64,000 bases of DNA from Carcharhinus longimanus (GCA_030264375.1 JASCQW010000001.1:110058445-110122444); one strand, 5' to 3'. Numbered from the stretch's first letter, positions 13,005 through 26,080 are shown. Program-made: numbers and translations. Notes: a model not told the origin generated them from the letters alone.

Positions 13005-13320
13005 AGGGCGGCATGGTGACACTGCTGCCTCACAGCGCCAGGAGTCCGGATTCAATTCCGGCCTCTGATCTCTGTCTGTGTGAAGTTTGCACATTCTCCC
13101 GTGTTTGTTTGGGTTTCCTCCGAATACTCAGGTTTCCTCCCACACTCCAAAGATATGTAGGTTAGGTAGATAGGCCATGCTAAATTGTCCTTTCGTGTTA
13201 AAAATGTGTAGGTTGGGGGGTTAATGGAATAAATAATGTGGCATTTCGGGGATAGGGTGCAGGTTGGGATTGTTGTCAGTACAGGCATGATGGGCTGAAT
13301 GGTCTCCTTTATTCCTATGA
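13005..13320 (+). mobile_element. HE1-type V-SINE inside the hAT fossil
   Basis: cactgctgcctcacagcgccagg...gtttgcacattctccc...ggtttcctcccaca V-domain consensus. Confidence 0.88.
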
Positions 13321-14344
13321 AGGATGCACTTGAAACTAACTTGAAGAAAAGAGAAAATAACATGCAAAAATGTTTCAAATAATTTTTCATTTTTGGTTCA
13401 TTTAGATGCCCCAGAAAAATAGCTGTGTGATGATGTAAAGCTTCTGATGAAAAGTTATCCTGACAACGTTGGTGATAACCTCACTGGAGAAATAAAACAT
13501 TTTCAGGATTATTGCAAGGAAAATTATCCAGATAAAGGGACTTTATGCCACCAGGATCCATATCAAGTCATCATCTAAGGTAAAATTCAGTTAGCTTTCC
13601 ATAATGTTGAAGCAATATTGCAGCTCCTTTTGATCTAATGGTAACAAACTGCTGAGGGGAAAGGTCATTTTTACAGCTGAAAAACATCAAGAATGAGCTG
13701 TGTACAACAACGCTGCGAGCTATCTGCACTCAGCATAATGTATCTGCTGATTTTAACTTTTAGAATATGGAACGGAAGAATGTGCCTAATACTCATTATA
13801 AATCGGTAAGCACAACTTTGATCACAGGCCTTATTACATCAAGCACGGTGATGGAGCTGGCTAAATTGAGGCCTCCCAGTCATGGTCAATAATGGCCAGA
13901 ATCGAATTGAGTGAAGTGGGATGTTATGGCAGCAGTGGCCCAGCTGATCATTTTAGGAATTGAAAACCATCCTTCGTCAGAGTCTCTTTGACTTCGTCAG
14001 CATCAAATTGGTTGGAGCGTGTGTGCACTCCAATCAGTTAAGATCTCAAAAGGCAATTATGGTCTGTGGATTCAACTTTGCAGGGTGAAAGGAGCCCATT
14101 GTGTGAGGCAGAAAGAATTGAACACCTAATGTTAGGTATTCAGAATGTGTCTGGTTTCTTTATCAGTATTGATGACGTGGTTAGGCAACTAAGCTCGTTT
14201 CAAGACAATACTGCTCCGTTACTGCTGAATAAAAGAAGTGAACATTGAACCATAGCCTGGGGTAATTTTAGAGAGAGCTTATAAATATTTGAAAGAGTGG
14301 GCATTTGAGAGTGATTCACTTTTCCGATCAGCTTGATGGACTGC

Positions 14345-15130
14345 GGCTTGGCTTAGTTGGCAGGAGCCTTGTCTCAAGTGAGAAGGTCATGGGTTCAAGT
14401 TCCATTTCAGGAATTTGAGAATATAATCTTGGCTATATAACTAGGTGGGAAAGTGGTGAGCAAAACTGCCTCACGGTGTCAGGGACCTGGGTTCCATTCC
14501 CAGCTTGGGTCACTGTCTGTGTGGAGTTTGCACGTTCTCCCTATGCCTGTGTGGGTTTCCTCCCAGTGCTCCGGTTTCCTCCCACAAGCCAAAGATTTGC
14601 GGGTTAGATAGATTGGCCATGCTAAATTCCCCCTAAGTGTTAGGTGGACTAGCTAGGGTAAATGCATGGGGCTATGGGGTTAGGGCCTGGGTGGGATTGT
14701 GGTCAGTGCAGACTCGATGGGCTGAATGGCTTCCTTCTGCACTGTATAATTTTATAGTTCTATAATTCTACAGTGTGGTACTGATGGAGTATGACACTAG
14801 AAGAGGTACCTTCTTTTGGATGAGATGGTAACAGAAGGCTCATCTGTCCTCTCAGATAGATGTATTGTAAAAGATCCCATAATATTACTCAAAGAAGAAC
14901 AGGGGAGTTCTCTCTGATGTGCTGACCAATTTTGGCTTCAGCCAAAATTGCGAAAAGACATGTGATTTGGTCATTATCGCATTGCTGTTGATGAATTTGC
15001 AAAGCACAATTTGGCTATTGTGTTCCCTACATTATAGCAATGACCACACTTTAAAAATAACATAAAAGTGATTGCAGGGTGCTTTGGGATATTCTAAGAA
15101 TGTGAACAACACTATATAAATGCACAAGCT
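14345..15130 (+). mobile_element. DeuSINE (SacSINE1-like) interrupted by an HE1-type V-SINE at about 14440-14770
   Basis: tRNA-like head ggcttagttgg...gggttcaagttcc; Deu-domain-like gtaaaagatcccat...gaagaacaggggagttctc; L2-type tail ctatataaatgca. Matches copies at 63130-63545 and 63725-63940. Confidence 0.7.
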
Positions 15131-15607
15131 TGATTTATCTTTCTTTCTATTTCTGTATTTCCCAACGCTTCATACGTGTGACAATGTCACTTTTAAATTG
15201 GCTGCTAACTTGCACAACACTCCACAGGTTGATTGGTTTGCTAATTTACAGAGTCGTCCTGGTCACATTCAAAAACTGACCTGGCATAATCACAGACAGA
15301 CATTGTTGACTTACTGGGCCATGTCATTACATATTAACACGTCAAAACATTTATTTTGCTGCCTAGCTGTTTAGTTACATTACAGAACTGCATAATCTTA
15401 TGGTTGCACGTTAATGTGCCTTTGCAAATTAATTTGAAAATCTCAGGGATTCACAGAAAATTTCCATCATCGCTGAGACCCAACATAGAATTCAGACTTT
15501 TAAAACAAACAATTAACTTCTATGCATAATACGAACACAGGGCTCCTAATTTTAATAAAGATCTTCTTGTATACAAAATATACATTTTGTTTGATCTCTT
15601 ATCTTAC

Positions 15608-15731
15608 CAATCAATTCCCTTGTGATAGGCATTCCCATTGAAGAACTGCACTTCTTCAAAGGTCTTTGGGTTGGGGAAATTACTGGTGATAGCTGGATGC
15701 ATAATTAGGAACAAGTACAAAGCCGTGGTGC
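15608..15731 (-). CDS. NDST3: NDST exon (124 nt): (G)[40 protein letters not shown](W)
   Basis: Not in the ORF track; translated by hand. Acceptor tctcag|GC, donor TG|gtaaga; contains the FEEVQFF motif. Confidence 0.96.
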
Positions 15732-16674
15732 CTGAGAACAGAAAATATTAGAAAACTTATTGATGTGCTTGTGCAGAAATTGCTGCCCTTCTATCCGTGG
15801 CACTTTATCAGTGGAGCTTCTTCCTGCAAGCAATTTTTTTTTGAAAGAACTGCAAAAACACTGTTCTGTGAAATAATAGATTACTTAATTAGGACACAGT
15901 AATTATGGAATATTAGCATAATTCAATTTTCACCATTATTACCGTGTACATGGTAGAATGACATAAAACAATTTGCAGTGACAAATTAAAATACAAAATT
16001 ATTTACCATTTCGGGCAGATATGGACTGCTAATGTAGTCAACATATTTAAGTCAATGGCTATTAATGGATATTTGCACTTGAATAGAAATTGATAATTTA
16101 AAACAAAAATTTACAGCCATTATGTTTGACGCTACTAACTAAATAATCTTAGCTATGTCCTACTGCTTTCTACTCTTCTTTGTTCCTTTAAAGATTGTGC
16201 TCAGTTAGTCTTTCTACCAAATCTAATACTTCTACATTTTTGACAGCCTTCTATTGTAATTAAAAGCTTCCCATATATCACGCCACGCAAAACAATTACA
16301 AATGATTTGCAGTGTGCTTCTGAGAAATGAATAAAAATATTGTTTGAAAAGAACTTATTCTCTAAATAGAAATAGAATGCATTTTTTTGGGAATTGTCTA
16401 ACATCATCCAAACTACAGAAAAAATTTCAGTGAAATGCTTTATATGATTAATGAAAAATAAACACAAAACCTTCATGCAAGATGGGTTATTCATTGTCAC
16501 AGGTCCATCTCAAAAGGCCAACTGTCTTATCAAATGTGAGGGGCAATATTAACTTAGCCTACTTAGTGGGAAATTGACAAGATTGGATCAAACGATTTTG
16601 CTTTCCATTTCAGTAAATAATCAATCACCTGTTTCAGCTGGGTGCTCCATGGGCATCTACAGACATATCCTGGG

Positions 16675-17225
16675 TGATTTGATTTATTACTGTCACATGT
16701 ATTGGGATACCGTGAGAAGTATTGTTTCATGTGCACTGTATAGACAAAGCATACCATTCATAGAGAAACGAGACAGTGCAGAATGTAATATTACAGTTAT
16801 AGCTAAGGTGTAGACAAAGATCAATTTAATGCAAGCTAGGGCCATTTAAAATTCTGATGGCAGCAGGGAAGAAGCTGTCCTTGTGTCGATTGGTACGTGA
16901 CTTCAGACTTCTGTGTTTTCTTCCCAATGGAAGAAGTGGAAAAGAGAATGCCCGAGGTGTGTGGGGTCCTTAATTACGCTGGCTGCTATTCCGAGGTGGC
17001 GGGAAGTGTAGACAGAGTCAATGGATGGGAGGCTGGTTTGTGTGATGGATTGGGCTACATTCACAACCTTTTGTAGTTCTTTGTAGTCTTGGACAGAGCA
17101 AGAGACATACCAAGCTGTGATACAATCAGAAGGAATGCTTTCTACAGTGCATCTATAAAGATTGGTGAGAGTCGCAGCTGACATGCCAAATTTCCTTAGT
17201 CGTCTGAGAGAATAAAGGCGTTGGT
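16675..17225 (-). mobile_element. Rex1/Babar-clade LINE 3' end
   Basis: QRLYSLRRLRKFGMSAATLTNLYRCTVESI..CITAWY..C...YKELQKVV..AQSI...LPSIDSVY...A.SVIKDPTHLGHSLF is the Rex1-type RT C-terminus; tail ends in aataaatcaaatca. Confidence 0.85.
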
Positions 17226-17704
17226 AGTGATTGGAAAAGGCAAGACTTGTGAGCTGCATGTGGAAAATGCTGATGGAAACTATTAAATATTGTGTGTTTT
17301 TTGTGGGAATCAATCCTCTTAAAAAAGAGGAATGATTTCATTATGAGAGCCCATAATGCTAACAGTGTGACAGTGAAATCCAGTTAATTTAGCTCATCCA
17401 ATATTGCCTTAGTGTATTTCTAAGAACACTGAATTCAATTTGTTGTCGAGAACTGATTCAATCCCTTCCTGAAATTTATTGAGGTTTCTTGTTCTACTGC
17501 TTGATTGGCAGTCTGCTCTGGGATGTTCCTGATTAGAGCCATGGCTGCCAATACACTTCCTGCATCAGCTGAAACATCATAACTTTGCCAGAATTGAAAT
17601 TACTTGGGATAGGAGCAGAATTCACTGCTGCCTCACTGCTCCAAATTGCTTCATGGTGCTCAGTCCTCAATAGGTCAGACAGAACGTCTGCCCCACACAA
17701 CAGG

Positions 17705-18012
17705 CCAGCAAGGTGGCAGAGAGGTTAGCACTACTGCCTAATAGCGCCAAGGACCTGGCTTTGATTCCTGGCTTGGGTCACTGTCTGCATGTTCTCCCTG
17801 TGCAATGGGGGTGGGTTTCCTCCCACAGTCCAAAGGATGTGCTTGTTAGGTGGACTGAATTTGCTAAATTCTCCTTCAGTGTCCCTGAACAGGCGTTGGA
17901 GTGTGGTGACTTGGGGATTTTCACAGTAACTTCATTGCAGTGTTAATATATGCCTACTTGTGACACTAATAAACAAACTTCAAACTCTAAAAATTTTAAA
18001 CTTTATAAACTT
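17705..18012 (+). mobile_element. V-SINE subfamily with an alternative 3' tail (taaactt repeats)
   Basis: HE1-like head and body, then ggattttcacagtaacttcattgcagtgttaat...gtgacactaataaa; the same tail occurs inverted at about 11195-11270. Confidence 0.75.
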
Positions 18013-19394
18013 TAACTCCTACCAGTCAGAGTTCCATGCTATGGCCTCCAGCGCTGAGACATGGCAGAGGAGTTCGGATATTGTGATGCGCTGGGATTAG
18101 GAGGGCGTGGCGATTGGGGGTAACCCAGAAGTCTTGGTTTTAACGCATGTGTCCTTTGTCAGTTGACAGGTTTCCTACCCAGAGGTCAGCCTGGTCAACA
18201 GGTTTGGCCTCCAAGATGTGGCACACACTCCACAGGAGGTCACAGGATAACGTCAAACCCTGACTCATGAGTGTGGGCTCTGATCATAATAGGAGCCCGA
18301 ACTCCGATCACAGAGGGTGGATAGATGCCAGATTCCTTGATGGGGACAGCTTTGATCTCTGGCCTAGGGTGGGGATGGGGCTGGGTCTGATCTTGGGAGG
18401 GGTACCATGGTGGATGGGAGGGAGTAAAAGGAGGTGGGATCTAGCCCACAAGATGGAGCATCCCTGATTATGGAACAGCGTTAGGAGGATTGCTGTGCCT
18501 GAGAGTTATGGTGATGATGATGAAGCTTGGGGGTGGGTAGGCATGAGGGGCAGGTACCCCTGTCTCCTCTTGCCCACATGCTATACAGTGAAGGCATTTA
18601 CCTTCTCCCTGAAGCTGTGCTCACTTCACTGCAGCAGCTGGAATTTCAAAAGGCAAACCTGTAAGGTCACTGTTAAACCCATATAACAGGGAGATTCAAG
18701 ACTTCCAACCTTACTAACATATTGAAAATGCAAAACTGCATCCTGGGAGTAGATTGGCTACCCTCCCTGGTCCTACCTCAGTAAAATATGGAATTCAGTA
18801 AGTTGGATCCAGCTTCCTCACATGCACCTGTTTATCCACTTTACCCATCACTCACACACAATCTATCCTCTCCCTCATGTTAAAATTTCCCCCAGCATTT
18901 CCAAATCCTGTTTGAATTCTTGCCTTAACTTGCCTCTGCACTTTAACAGCCATATTCTGCCCTAAGGAAATATTGGACTTTATCATTTCACAAAGCAAAG
19001 TACTTCAAATGAAGAGTGAGTTTTCTGAAGCTACATACCCCATGCCTAGACTGAATATCTGGGATTTTGATATGGACATCCACAGGCTCAGAAGGAATTC
19101 CCACTTGTCCATCGGGGTTGACTGATCTCTGTCTCTGAATTCTCAATAAGCAGAAATCCAGGGGCACAGATTTGTAAACTCGACTAAATTGCTCTAACTC
19201 ATGCTATCTTCAGATAAAGCTCATGGGACAAATTTCTGTGGAGTTTTTCACACTCATCCTTCTTAACTTTGATATGACAACTGCAGAAATTCCCTCCAAA
19301 AATGGCTCAAACAGAGTTTTTGCCTTTTTCTCCAGGGTTTCCAAATTTCTTTGCCAGTTATGATAGACAACTGAGCAACCCATTCATCCATATG

Positions 19395-19718
19395 TGGCAT
19401 GGTAGCTCAGTGGTTAGCACTGCTGCTTCACAGTGCCAGGGACCTGGGTTCGATTCCAGCCTTGGGTCAATGTCTGTGTGGAGTCTGCATGTTCTCTCCA
19501 TGTCTGCATGCATTTCCTCTGGTTTCCTCCCACAGTCCCAAAGATGTGCGGGTTAGATGAATTGGCCATGGTAAATTGTACCTTATTGTCAGGGGAGCTA
19601 GCAGGGTAAATATGTGGGGCTATGGGGAGAGGGGCTGGATGGGGTTGTGGTTGGTGCAGACTTGATGGGCTGAATGGCCTCCTTCTACACTGTATGTATT
19701 CTATGATTCTATTCTATG
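19395..19718 (+). mobile_element. HE1-type V-SINE, near full length
   Basis: A box ggtagctcagtggttag, B box gggttcgattcc, V-domain, attctatg tail. Confidence 0.9.
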
Positions 19719-20780
19719 AATAATATATCAAAAATAAAAGGTAAATTTCACTTCAAGTAGTCAATACAGTAAAGATACATCTTATACAACTGCAAGCATT
19801 TGTATCACTCCCCACACCAGTGTGGCATTGCGTTGACACACAGTTCCACAATTTGCTCTTCTTTATTCTTGGTTGGCCCAAGGGTTAGTTCCTGTGCTTT
19901 ACTGTTTTTTGTTCTTTTGTCCTTCATTCATGCCAGGTAGGTCAGGAGACCTCCTACAACAGTTTTCACCTTTGAGTTTGATAGGTGTGATTACCCTCAG
20001 CAAGACAAACCTCTGTGAATTCTCCCTCGCTTGGGTCTGATAGTTCTGATGATGTGCATTCCAGAATTCCTTTTCAACTGATCATTCAATAACACACCAG
20101 TCATGATTTAGCCATTTCTGGGAAAATAGCTGCCAACTCCTTAGAATCCCCAAGACATTCACACAGATTTCTTATGGTTTTAGACCTTTTTAGACAGCTC
20201 ACACAGCACTGTGTGAGACAGCAGCTGTCTCCTTTTCTGCCAAACAGAAAATCTGATCAGTGATTTATTTCTTCTCACAAGAATTGTTGGTGTTTCTATT
20301 TCCATCTCTGTCTGCTTTCTCTTTGTGCTTGGATCTGTGTGCTGATCCTTTCACCCTCCAATTTCTCTGCTTGAAGTTGTCCTTTGAATCTGCCAGTCCG
20401 ATTTCTTTTTTCCTGTTGGTACTGCTTCCAGGTCAACGGTCAATAGGTCACATTGACAAGTATTTCTTATTATGCAGCGAAAGTACTCTTTACAATTGAT
20501 GCAACTCATAAAAAGCCATTTTAACCATTTTCAAAAACAACTGAAGATTCCACAGACCTTTAAACAAATTACAAATTTTTCTTACTGTACATATTCCATG
20601 TCAAAGGTTACCACATCATAAAGTAAATTAATGCGGAGCTACATGAGAGTTGATATCACCTGAAAATATACTATTAGAATGTGCTTGATAGAACAGTTTG
20701 TATGAATAACTGTTTTCCATGTAACCCATTTAGGCAGTATGGGAGAACCAAATCATTCATACCTCGTGATTAAAACTCAC

Positions 20781-20877
20781 CTGTTTTTTGAGGTCCAATA
20801 ACCAGGAATTTTGGTAAACGATCACAGGTTTTCTCTTTAGACCAGATGTCCTTATGTCGCTTATCATCACATGGATT
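20781..20877 (-). CDS. NDST3: NDST exon (97 nt): [32 protein letters not shown](G)
   Basis: Acceptor ggcag|AAT, donor G|gtgagt; start of sulfotransferase domain with the PAPS 5'-PSB lysine. Confidence 0.97.
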
Positions 20878-21294
20878 CTGCCAGAAAAGGTGGAAATTGG
20901 ACACTGTATTAAAATGGCAGAGTTCCTCAGAGTTTAATGCAGCGTGAACGCTCATTGTTCTGAAAGGAATAGACACTGAACCCTATAATTAGGGTGAGCC
21001 ACTATAATGGGGGAAATGGCCTGACTGTGATTTCGTAATTACATGGAAATTAACTTGTGCCTTCATTTGGAATGACATTTCTTGCTGAAATCGCAACCAT
21101 GTCCAATAACAAGATAAAATATTCCAAGCTTTGTCCAGTAGTCGTGGGGTTGGTCTGAATCTAAAATCCAAACAACGGTGTGGCAGAAAGGAGATGTTCT
21201 ACACACCACCGTGGATTGCTTTCAGTATACCTACCTACTAGTCACTGTTCCCAGGAAGAGAAAGATATGACCACGAGAACGAAATGCTTTTTTA

Positions 21295-21635
21295 AAAAAT
21301 TAATTTATGGGATATGAGTGTCGCTGGCTCGGCCAGCATTTATTGCCCATCCCTAACTGTCCTCTATTTCAGAGGGAATTTGAGAGTCAACCACATTTCT
21401 GTAGACCTGGAGTCACATGTATGCCAGGTCAGATAAGGACAGCAGATTTCCTTCCCTGAAGGGGCAATTGACAATGGGTTTATGGCCAGTATTAGACATT
21501 TTAATCCCAGATTTTTATTCAGTTCAAACTTCACCATCTGCCATGGTAGGATTCATACCCGGGTCCTCAGATCCTGACTTGGGTCTCTGGGTTACTAGTC
21601 CAGTGACAATACCATTCGACTGCTGCCTCCCCTTG
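21295..21635 (-). mobile_element. tRNA-derived SINE of a second family; partial copy at about 23280-23495
   Basis: Minus strand has ctggactagtaacccagagaccc...ccgggtatgaatcctaccatggcagatgg and tail gggatgggcaataaatgctggcc; the tail is shared with the LINE end at about 40440-40480. Confidence 0.7.
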
Positions 21636-22321
21636 AGATAGTTTGATCTGTTCATGCTCTACATAAATAGATGTTTAAATTTGCCATGGACATTGAGACT
21701 CACATGCCTGTCCCACCCTTCCTCTGAATCACAAGCTTCATGGTTCTTGAACAGAATATTGAAGCCACTATAAATCGAATACCCATTTTCTGACAGTCAT
21801 CACATCAACAACAAACCAGCTAAAGTTTTCACAGTACGATTGGATCCATATAGGAGGGATATGGCAAAAACACTTGACCAATTATGCTTCCAGTTCTAAA
21901 ATGGCCCGATTGCCAATGCCAAATAACATCTGAATTTTCCCCTTAGGCTGACTTGGAATAAGAATTTAGCTTTAGCACTCATTCCTGCCATGCTGGCATT
22001 GCGACAATCTGTTTAACAATGCAAGTGGTCTTCAATAATCATACATGTTGTGAATTAAAGGCAAAGATTCAGAAAAAATATATAATAAGAGTGGCAGATA
22101 GGTTTTGGTGATCAGTTTGATGGCAACCATGTTCTTGGTTGTTAAAATCAGCCTACTTATCAAAACCAGGTAGAGTTATCAACAACATAATGGGAACCCT
22201 GGAAGTGCAGTCAATTCAAAGGAGATTAGTACACTAAGTAGGGGTGGGTGGCAGGGAATGGTTGTGGGTCTGTTATCTGCAGAGTTCGCTGTGCCTGTTT
22301 TAAAAAGGACTTGATGCACAC

Positions 22322-22504
22322 CTGCCAGAGCGGGTCCTTTTGTTCTGGAAAAAGCTCAAAGTATTTGTGTGCCAACTGCACAGGGGGCATCGTTTGCAAC
22401 TTCAGGTTGGTCCAGCAATGCACAAAATTAGCCAGGTTCACAAACGTGTAGAGGCCCAGTCGATCATTCCCATAGTTGGATAAATGTGTCATGAAGATGC
22501 TGAT
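22322..22504 (-). CDS. NDST3: NDST exon (183 nt): [61 protein letters not shown]
   Basis: Acceptor tttcag|ATC at 22505-22506, donor CAG|gtgtgc at 22320-22321; hallmark NDST motif [15 protein letters not shown]. Confidence 0.97.
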
Positions 22505-25500
22505 CTGAAAGAGAGAAACAGGTCACACTCAGGGAGGTCCTCAATTAAAGAGATTTAGTTAAATAATGTCTTAAGTAAGGAGACGTCATTTATAATACAG
22601 TTGTTTTCAGGTTAACTTTTTCTTTCCACCCTCCTGTGGATCATGTGATTTTAGATCTAAAATTTCTCACCTCATTGCTGGCTGGGTGGGACAGAAAAAT
22701 TGTCAGGCAGGCAAAAACTCCAGTGGAGCAAAATGGGAATTTTGGGGCCAGAAAATCCTGGCCACTGATTCATTTTGGATGAATGATTTGGGATAACAAA
22801 TCTCTGTTGTTATGAAATCTACACTTACCTTGTTGGATAGCAGGAGGTCGGAACTTCAAGGCCAGAATTTTACTGCAGATTCTGGGGTAGGCAAGGCTCA
22901 CAGAATAGCATCCTCTGTTGGCCTCAGGCAGGATCTTACGAGCTTTGTGTGGGCAAGGCGGTAAAATTCTGGCACAAGTCTCGACAAAGTTCAAAGTTTC
23001 TACACACGCGCAGACAAGGTAAGGCTGCACATACACAGTTTTGCATTTTTAAGTTCCTTGGATCCAATGCACCTATGCGCAAAGAGAATGGCATGAAAAC
23101 CTGGGTCAGGTGACCTGAAGCGGAGCACCATTCAACAGAACAGTCCGAGACAGGGTACAAGGAGAGGTCCTAAAAGGAGAGTCCTAGACTTGAGACAGGG
23201 AGCGAGAAAAGGTCTCTCCCTAAGTTAGAAAGTTGTAAGGAGCTCAGGAAAAGCCCTGAAGATCCAGGAGGATTGATGACAGATTGCCTTCCTTAAAGAA
23301 CATTCGTAAACCGGATGAGTTTTTACGACAATCAGCAATGCTTTCATGGTCATCAGTGACTTTTAATTCCAGGCTTTTTATTGAATTAAAATTTGACCAT
23401 TTGCCATAGTGGGATTTGAACCTGGGCCCCCAGATCTTGCTCTGAGTCTCCAGATTACTAGCCCAGTGACAAACACACTGTGCAACTGCCTACCCTAACA
23501 TGCTGCAGATTGTTGGAATGATCATATCACTTTGGAGCAGGAGCATTTTACTACGTGCAGTCAAGGAACTAAAGTCGTGTTTGTGAGTTGGTGCCCGAGT
23601 GAATATTCAGGAATCCAGGGGAATGGAATCTCGGGAACTAAGACGGGAAGGTGGAGCGCTGTTGATGTCATCCAAGTTGGAATGACCTGAGAGAATTCTA
23701 AAGTTAGATCTTCAAAGGTGAAGACTGGAATTTTTAGTGACAGAGATGCAACTTCAGTGAGTTTGGATGACTCACAGTATTAATGATGTCTGGATTGGTG
23801 TTGAGAATCCATGAACTCTGCTTGGTCGCATTTGCTATTTATTATGCAATGTGGTGAGTTCGACCACAGTTTGCCTGTTAATTCACATGTACCTCGTATT
23901 AACCCTGAATAGCAGAGTACCATGCTAGCATCCAGACAAAAGACAGTTAGAGAATGGGTATCACTGGAGCAGGGGAAAGGGAGGAGATAGGAAGGGTTAG
24001 GGACAAGTGGAAGAGGGCAGGTTGAGTTTCAAGGATTTACTAATGATCTCCAGTCATCAACTGTCCCATTCAGTCAAACAGCCTTTTGTATCACATTTCC
24101 AATATTTTTATTACTAATAAACAAAAGTGCTGAACAAAAATAAAAATAATCTCTTCTCCAAGTTTACTTGCAGCAGTCTCGCAGAAATTAGAGTTAATCC
24201 TGGAAGATTAACAATTCTAGGACCAACGTTTGCCTAAGTGGTTGCTTGCAGGGGGTAATTTTGACTCAGTGGTAGAGGGAGATGGGAAGGATCCTGTAAA
24301 AGCAGCAGCAATGGGGTTCCGAAATATCCCATAATACACAACTGGGAGTTTCCTGGAATCAGAAGTTCTTCTCCAGAGAGCAGCCAATTTAAATTTCCTG
24401 CCTCATTGCACCCCCATGAATGATGGGCACTTACATTATGTGTTGCAAATTATGACTAATGTTTAGGCACTGGATGCCAGAGCAACAATTTGTACTTGAA
24501 AATGCCTTTAATGTAATAAATTTCCAAAGGTGCTACACAGAAGCCATTATAAAATGAAATGTGGTTCCAAGCCGCATAAGGAGACATTGGGGAAGAAGAC
24601 TGAAAGCTTAGCTTTTAAGAAATGTCTTATTTGTATATTTTATATCTTGGATCAGATGACACACCTGCTCTGTGTGCGCAGGAACTTTCTCTACAAGAAT
24701 TTTATAATTTAAAATGTCAACTTCATGTTTTAAGCTCTGGCTTCCAGCTCTTTTTACAGCTATGTTTACTTTTACCTGAGTCCACACCCTGGCTTCAGCA
24801 ATCAAGGACAGTGAGCACCAGTAGTAAACAGACTCACATATTCAAACAAGGAAGAATCGAACCATACAGTGCTGAAGGAGAAAGGCAAGGTAAAGGCGCA
24901 GAGTTTGCGGAGAGAATTCCACAATTTAGGGCCTATGCAGCTGAAGGCAGGGCCACTAATACTGGAGCAATTATGATCAGAAAGAGGCCAGAATTAGGGT
25001 AGTACAAGTCATTCAGAGGGTTGAGTAGGAGAAGAATATTATAGGAGAGAGATAGGGAGGGGAAGGCCATGGAGGGATTTGAATTCAAGGATGAGAATTT
25101 AACAAACAAGACATTGTTTAATCTACAGCCAGTGAGGGTCAGCTGCGCTAACCTTAAACAAGATTATTTCCTGCCTTTTCCAGTGAACTCAGCAGCTATA
25201 TAAAATGATGGTCGTTCTTGGAGGGGTGGGGTGTGGGTAATAATGGAATGATAAGGAGAGCTCCTGAAATCAGGAAGCAAAAGGAGAGATATTCAAACTG
25301 AAGAATGGAAGTTTGGGGGGTTTGGGGGCAGGGGGAGGGTGGGGGTTTGGGGCAGGGTGGGGATGGGAGGAATTGACTGTGGTGGGGCAGAGATGGAACC
25401 TGGGGAATGACAGCTCTTGGGGGTGGGAGGGATGGAGACTGGGCTCAGTCTCATCTTTTTACTGACTCACGGGGGGCCTCCAGGTTCTTGGGACATTTCA

Positions 25501-26080
25501 TAAAACAGCATTTTTTAAAAAATGACATTAGTGTGNNNNNNNNNNNNNNNNNNNNNNNNNNNNNNNNNNNNNNNNNNNNNNNNNNNNNNNNNNNNNNNNN
25601 NNNNNNNNNNNNNNNNNNNNNNNNNNNNNNNNNNNNNNNNNNNNNNNNNNNNNNNNNNNNNNNNNNNNNNNNNNNNNNNNNNNNNNNNNNNNNNNNNNNN
25701 NNNNNNNNNNNNNNNNNNNNNNNNNNNNNNNNNNNNNNNNNNNNNNNNNNNNNNNNNNNNNNNNNNNGTGTGGATTAAAACAGTTCAACGGGTGAAAATA
25801 GCCCACACGATCACTAAAAAATAAATCTCTCCTTAAAGTCATTAGCTGCTGACAGCATTTCTGCTATTATTAACAGCAGTGATCAAAAGCAGGAACCCAG
25901 CTTATTCTCTACAGCTATAAATCCAGTGGTGCTAAAGTTAATAATAGCATCTCCATTGTAGTTGTGGCTGTGATCAAGCCAGGGTTCAAACCCAGGGCCT
26001 TTCTATTGTGTGCAGTTCATTGCCATTGCAAATTGTGCATTTGTCTACCAGACCATCGCAAAGAGCATAGATTATACTAT

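Larger units (their letters stand above)
10760..13790 (+). pseudogene. hAT-superfamily DNA transposase fossil (ZMYM1-like/Ac group), split by several younger insertions
   Basis: YIPCAGHSLNLV (CxxH motif), FFSASTKHW, DLSDTRWE, LEFVFMLELWNRLLDRSHKTSQSLQDP, and the C-terminal dimerisation motif AFHNVEAIL...MVTNC*GERSFLQLKNIKNEL...LSALSIM at about 13590-13740; frameshifts and stops throughout. Confidence 0.88.
2228..22504 (-). other. NDST3: Partial gene span: bifunctional heparan sulfate N-deacetylase/N-sulfotransferase (NDST3/NDST4-type), six internal coding exons; 5' and 3' exons lie outside the window
   Basis: Six exons of 183, 97, 124, 175, 171 and 110 nt splice in frame (phases 0,0,1,2,0,0,2) into a continuous NDST peptide with the 5'-PSB motif IGPQKTGTT and the 3'-PB motif [13 protein letters not shown]. 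Residues such as FVNLANFV and NPCDDKRH fit NDST3/4 rather than NDST1/2; NDST3 versus NDST4 is not resolved. Confidence 0.93.

Noticed and set aside
19395-19465. SINE heads as functional tRNA genes (also other V-SINE copies)
   Set aside because: A/B boxes continue directly into the V-SINE body and LINE-derived tail; they are SINEs.
25407-25842. ORFs spanning N runs (also 9756-10066, 45321-45680, 58320-58849)
   Set aside because: Artefacts of translating assembly gaps.
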